A stretch of 64,000 bases of DNA from the human T2T-CHM13v2.0 reference genome, Homo sapiens: the NCBI RefSeq assembly GCF_009914755.1, contig NC_060930.1; one strand, written 5' to 3'. The notes under the pieces were generated by a model. The model searched no databases. It saw only the letters and a program-made list of their open reading frames with translations, and was not told the DNA's origin. The position numbers and the translations under genes were made by a program. Below, one piece after another: positions 59,791 to 64,000 of the stretch; position 1 is the stretch's first letter; every line of letters starts with the position of its first letter.

Positions 59791-60335
59791 TTACTAACAA
59801 TATTTTTTCTTGGAAAAAATATTTTTGTGGATATGTTAGATAATACAATGAAAAAGAATTATCTGAGAAGAAGAAAATACATTAAATGTCAGCAATTGTT
59901 GTCTTTGAATAGAAGGATTATGAGGGTGATTTTAATTTTCTCTCTACTTTTCAGAAGTTTCCAAATATTCCAAAATGAGCATATATTACTTTTACAATCA
60001 GAAGAAGTCAAAATGCGCAATGAAAAGAAGATATCACATTTCATTTTATTGTGGGAAAGTTGAAGAAGCAGGACATCTTCTAATTTTCTTGGCAAAACAC
60101 CACATACTCATGAAAAATTGCTTTTGGTGAGAATAACCAGGGGACATACAAACTCTGTCTCAGAATATGGTCCTTTCTGAAATACGCCAGGGGACAGGGG
60201 CAACCAGGGTCATACTCGTCCCTGGCCTTTAGCTCGTGGGTTCATTTCTATCACCGCTGCTTGTGAGTCCCTCTGCTGTTGCAACTGTGCTTTGCAATCC
60301 CCAAGGCGGGAAAAGCACAGGGAACTGAGGCTCCT

Positions 60336-60640
60336 TGAGATGGTTAATTATAGGTGTCAACTTGGTAGGCTATGGTGCTCGGTTGTTTCTTCAAACACTA
60401 ATTTAGGGGTTGCCATGAAGGTGTTTTGTCTGATATGATTAACATTTACAATCAGTTTACTTTCAATAAAGGAGATTATTCTCCATAATGCGGTAGGCCT
60501 CATTCAATCAATTCAAAGCCTCAAGAAGTTTTCCATAGAAATTCCACCTTAGTTTCCAGCCAGCTGTCCTGCCCTACACACTTGCCAGCTCCCATTGTCA
60601 AGTGAGCCAGTTCCTTAAAATCTCTCTCTCTCTTTACACA
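60336..60640 (+). mobile_element. MLT2 (C/D-like) LTR
   Basis: gatggttaattataggtgtcaacttgg start and gtgagccagttccttaaaatctctct end motif. Confidence 0.7.
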
Positions 60641-60769
60641 TATGTTACCTACTTATATATATATAACATATATATTAACATGCATATAAAAATAAAAAGA
60701 CTTTTACTGAAACACACCTCTAAGCTCATTTTTTTCCTGGAGCCCACACAATGACCAGAGAGATGTTAC

Positions 60770-61417
60770 TGATGCAGGAGTTTTCTTGGCCACTTTGCCA
60801 ACCAGGGACCTCCATAGCCAGTAACACCCCTCTGCCAGGGCCTTGCTCAGCCCCCAGCCTGCCACTGGAGGTGCCCCACCCACTCATCCCACTTGTGCTA
60901 TAGCTTGTATCTGCATTCTGTGGTTCCTGAGCTCTTGTCTCGAGTCCAAGAAGAATGAGGATACTCTGATAATTGAAAGGTGAGGATGGGCAAAGGAGGA
61001 TAATTTTATTGAGTGATGGAACAGCTCTCAGTGGAGAGGGCATCTGGGAGGGTCCCCCACACCCAGTCAGGTGATTTCTCTCCCAGTGTGGTTGGGTCCA
61101 GGGCTTTTTATGGACTCAGAATGGGGAGTGCAGGCTGATTGGTTTGTGAGTAGGCAAAAGAGGTTAAAGTGAAGACACCACTCTAAGGTGAGCACGACAG
61201 TGTAGAGAACCAATTAGGAATGGGTAGGTATATGTAAAATAGGTGAAGGGTAGGATCAATCAGAGGAAAGCACTGCCAAATGGGAAGACAGGTTCTCAAT
61301 CCAATCTGTGGATTTACCCGAGACTTAGGTTTTAAATTGTCTTCAGCTTGAAGGTTAGGTTTCAGCTGGGACCCATCCATATCTGCCTAGGCATTTGTCT
61401 GCTTCCTGTCTCTATCA
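60770..61417 (-). mobile_element. ERV1 solo LTR (LTR27/LTR28/MER52 group)
   Basis: TG...CA termini, 4-bp TSD ttac (60766-60769 / 61418-61421), cctaggcatttgtctgcttcctgtctctatca end. Confidence 0.8.
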
Positions 61418-62346
61418 TTACTGTTCTTTATCCAAGTCCCTCCTGTGTTCTGAGGAGCTAGTCTTCCAGAAACCAAACAGTCATATCTAACTGGAGCTCT
61501 CTCACACTCTTTTACAGACAGTCAGAGACTTCAGTTATACCTAGAGGATATGGGTTGAAACTTGACAAAGTGACTGAGTCTGTTGGAGGGAAATATTGGA
61601 CTTTGGGCCCGTGAAAGTCCTCCCACCTTTCTATCCTCTCCCCTTCCTCATTCTCTAATTCCACATGTCTTCACAGGAGGTGTTTGATCTGTCCTTTTGG
61701 TCTAGTCTTGTGAATTGAAGACTAGAGAGATTCAGGCTTTGATCAGATAATAAATGATGCCTCTCTGCATTTCATGTTTGCTGATTCTGAAGGCAAAGGG
61801 GTGACTAACTGTAGTGGTTTGGACTCCTCAATGTACAGGAGCAGGGGTTGTAGGTGTCTCCCTCCTTTTTTTTCTTTAGATAAAAGAAGAAAACACATGT
61901 AACCACAGAGAACAATGTTGTTGGTTTTGCTTTTGTTTTTGCTCCAAAGGACTGCCTGGTCTTATATGAGGAAAGGATATTTCTTCTATTAGCATAACTT
62001 AGACTTTCCCTTTGTGAAATAATAACCCTAGACCTGTAGTATTCAGGGGCATGTGAAACTTTTCTGAGCTTGACTTTTTAATTTTTGTTGGTTTGTTTGG
62101 GTTTTTATAATTGTGACAAAATATACATAACATCACATCTACTGTCTTAACAGTTTTTAAATGTAAAGTTCAGTAGTGTTAAGTACATCACATTGTTGAG
62201 CAACCAATCTCCAGAGCTGGCTCATTTTATCAATCTCTGTACTTATCGTAAGCAGCTATGTTTAGTGATTTGGTCTCAGCAGCCCCTGCTGTAATTGAAT
62301 TCTCCTTGATGCCTTGGAGGGTGGGCTTTTTCTATTCATTTAGCAC

Positions 62347-62760
62347 TGTAGTAGTTTTCCATGGCTTCAGCAACAAATTATCACAAGTTCAGTTACTTAA
62401 AACAACAGTTTATTAGTTCTTGAGGTCAGAAGTCCAGCACATGTCTCACTGGGCTAAAATCAAGGCCCTGGCAGGGCTGTGTTTCTTTCTGGAGACCCTA
62501 GGAGAGAACCATTTTCTTTCCTTTTCCAGCTTTGAGAGACCACCTGTGTTCCTGGACTTGTGATCTTTTCCTCCTCTAAAACCAGCCATTTAGCATTTCT
62601 CTGACTTTTTATTTTTAATCACATCTTTCTCTGACTCTCCTCCTTGGCCTCCCTTTTTCACTTTTAAGGCCTCTCATGGTTACGTCATCCTCAGATAATC
62701 CAGGATACTCTCTCTATTTTAAGATCAGCTGATTAGCAACCTTAATTCCATCTGCAATCT
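62347..62760 (-). mobile_element. MLT1C-like MaLR LTR, interrupted by L1
   Basis: gaggtcagaagtcc...gggctaaaatcaagg...gctgattagcaaccttaattccatctgc. Confidence 0.75.
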
Positions 62761-64000
62761 TTTTTTTTTTTTTTTCAGTTTTTATTTTAAGTTCAGGGCT
62801 ACATGTGCAGGATGTGCAGGTTTGTTACATAGGTAAACATATATCATGGGGGTTTGTTTTACCAATTATTTTGTCATGAAGATATTAAGCCTAGTATCCA
62901 TTAGTTATTTTTCCTGATCCTCTCCCTCATCCTATTCTCTACCCTCTGATAGGCTCAAGTGTGTGTTGTTCCCCTCTATGTGTCCATGTGTTCTTATCAT
63001 TTAGCTTCCACTTATAAGTGAGAACATGTGGTACCTGGTTTTCTGTTCCTGTGTTAGTTTGCTAAGGATAATGGCCTGCAGCTACATCCATGTCCCTGCA
63101 AAGGACATGATCTCATTCATTTTTATGGTTGCATATTATTCCATGGTGTATGGAATACATGTACCATGTTTTGTTTATCCAGTCTACTACTGATGGGCAT
63201 TTGGGTTGATTCCATGTCTTTGCTATTGTGAATAGTGCTGCAATGAACATATGTGTACATGTGTTTTTATAATAGAATGATTTATATTCCTTTGGGTACA
63301 TATCCAGTAATAGAATTGCTGGGTCAAATGGTATTTATGACTTTAGGTCTCTGAAGAATCGCCACACTATCCCACAATGGTTTAACTAATTTACACTCCC
63401 ACCAATAGTGTGTAAGTGTTCTTTTTTCTCCACAACCTATTTTTGACTTTTTAATAGTAGCCATTCTGAATGATGTGAGATGGTATCTTGTGGTTTTGAT
63501 TTGCGTTTCTCTAATGATCAGCAATGTTGAGCTTTTTTTTTTCTAAATATGTTTGTTGGCCACATGTATGTCTTCATTTGAAAAGTGTCTGTTCATGTCC
63601 TTTGCTCACTTTTTAATGAGGTCGTTTGTTTTTTTCTTGTAATTTTTTTAAGTTCCTTATAAGTACTGGGTATTAGACCTTTGTCAGATGCATAGTTTGC
63701 AAACATTTTCTCCTGTTCTGTAGGTTGTTTACTCTGTTGATAGTTTCCTTTGCTGTGCAGAAGCTCTTTAGTTTAATTAGATCCCATTTGTCAACTTTTT
63801 CCTTTTGTTGCAATTGCTTTTGGTGTCTTTAGTCATGAAATCTTTTCCCATGCCCATGACCTGAATGGTATTGCTTTGGTTGTCTTCCAAGGTTTTTGTA
63901 GTTTTGGATTTTACATTTAAGTCTTTAATCCACCTCGCATTAATTTTTGTATATGGTGTAAGGAAGGAGTCCAATTTTAATCTTCTGCATACAGCTAGCC
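62761..64000 (-). mobile_element. L1PA 3' end (continues past the window)
   Basis: T tail followed by reverse L1PA 3' UTR and ORF2 C-terminus. Confidence 0.92.

Overview
Primate (human-like) genomic DNA, AT-rich and dense in repeats. I recognise it as the RFPL4B locus (6q21, from memory). It holds one intact protein-coding gene: RFPL4B (+ strand, TATA/CCAAT/GC-box promoter at ~8660-8720, two non-coding exons, single-exon CDS 11123-11914 encoding a C3HC4 RING plus PRY-SPRY/B30.2 domain, polyA signal at 12690). Within ~17 kb downstream are three minus-strand retrocopies (RPSA, KRT18, FEM1A). The least obvious feature is a decayed second RFPL-type gene at ~19279-21538, collinear with RFPL4B and split into three pieces by a MER41B-type LTR (with a nested AluY) and an MLT2 LTR. 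The rest is Alu, L1, L2, MIR, LTR and DNA-transposon relics plus unique non-coding DNA. There are no prokaryotic-type systems (CRISPR, operons, rRNA/tRNA). Repeat subfamily names and pseudogene numbers come from recall of consensus sequences and annotation, not from a database search.
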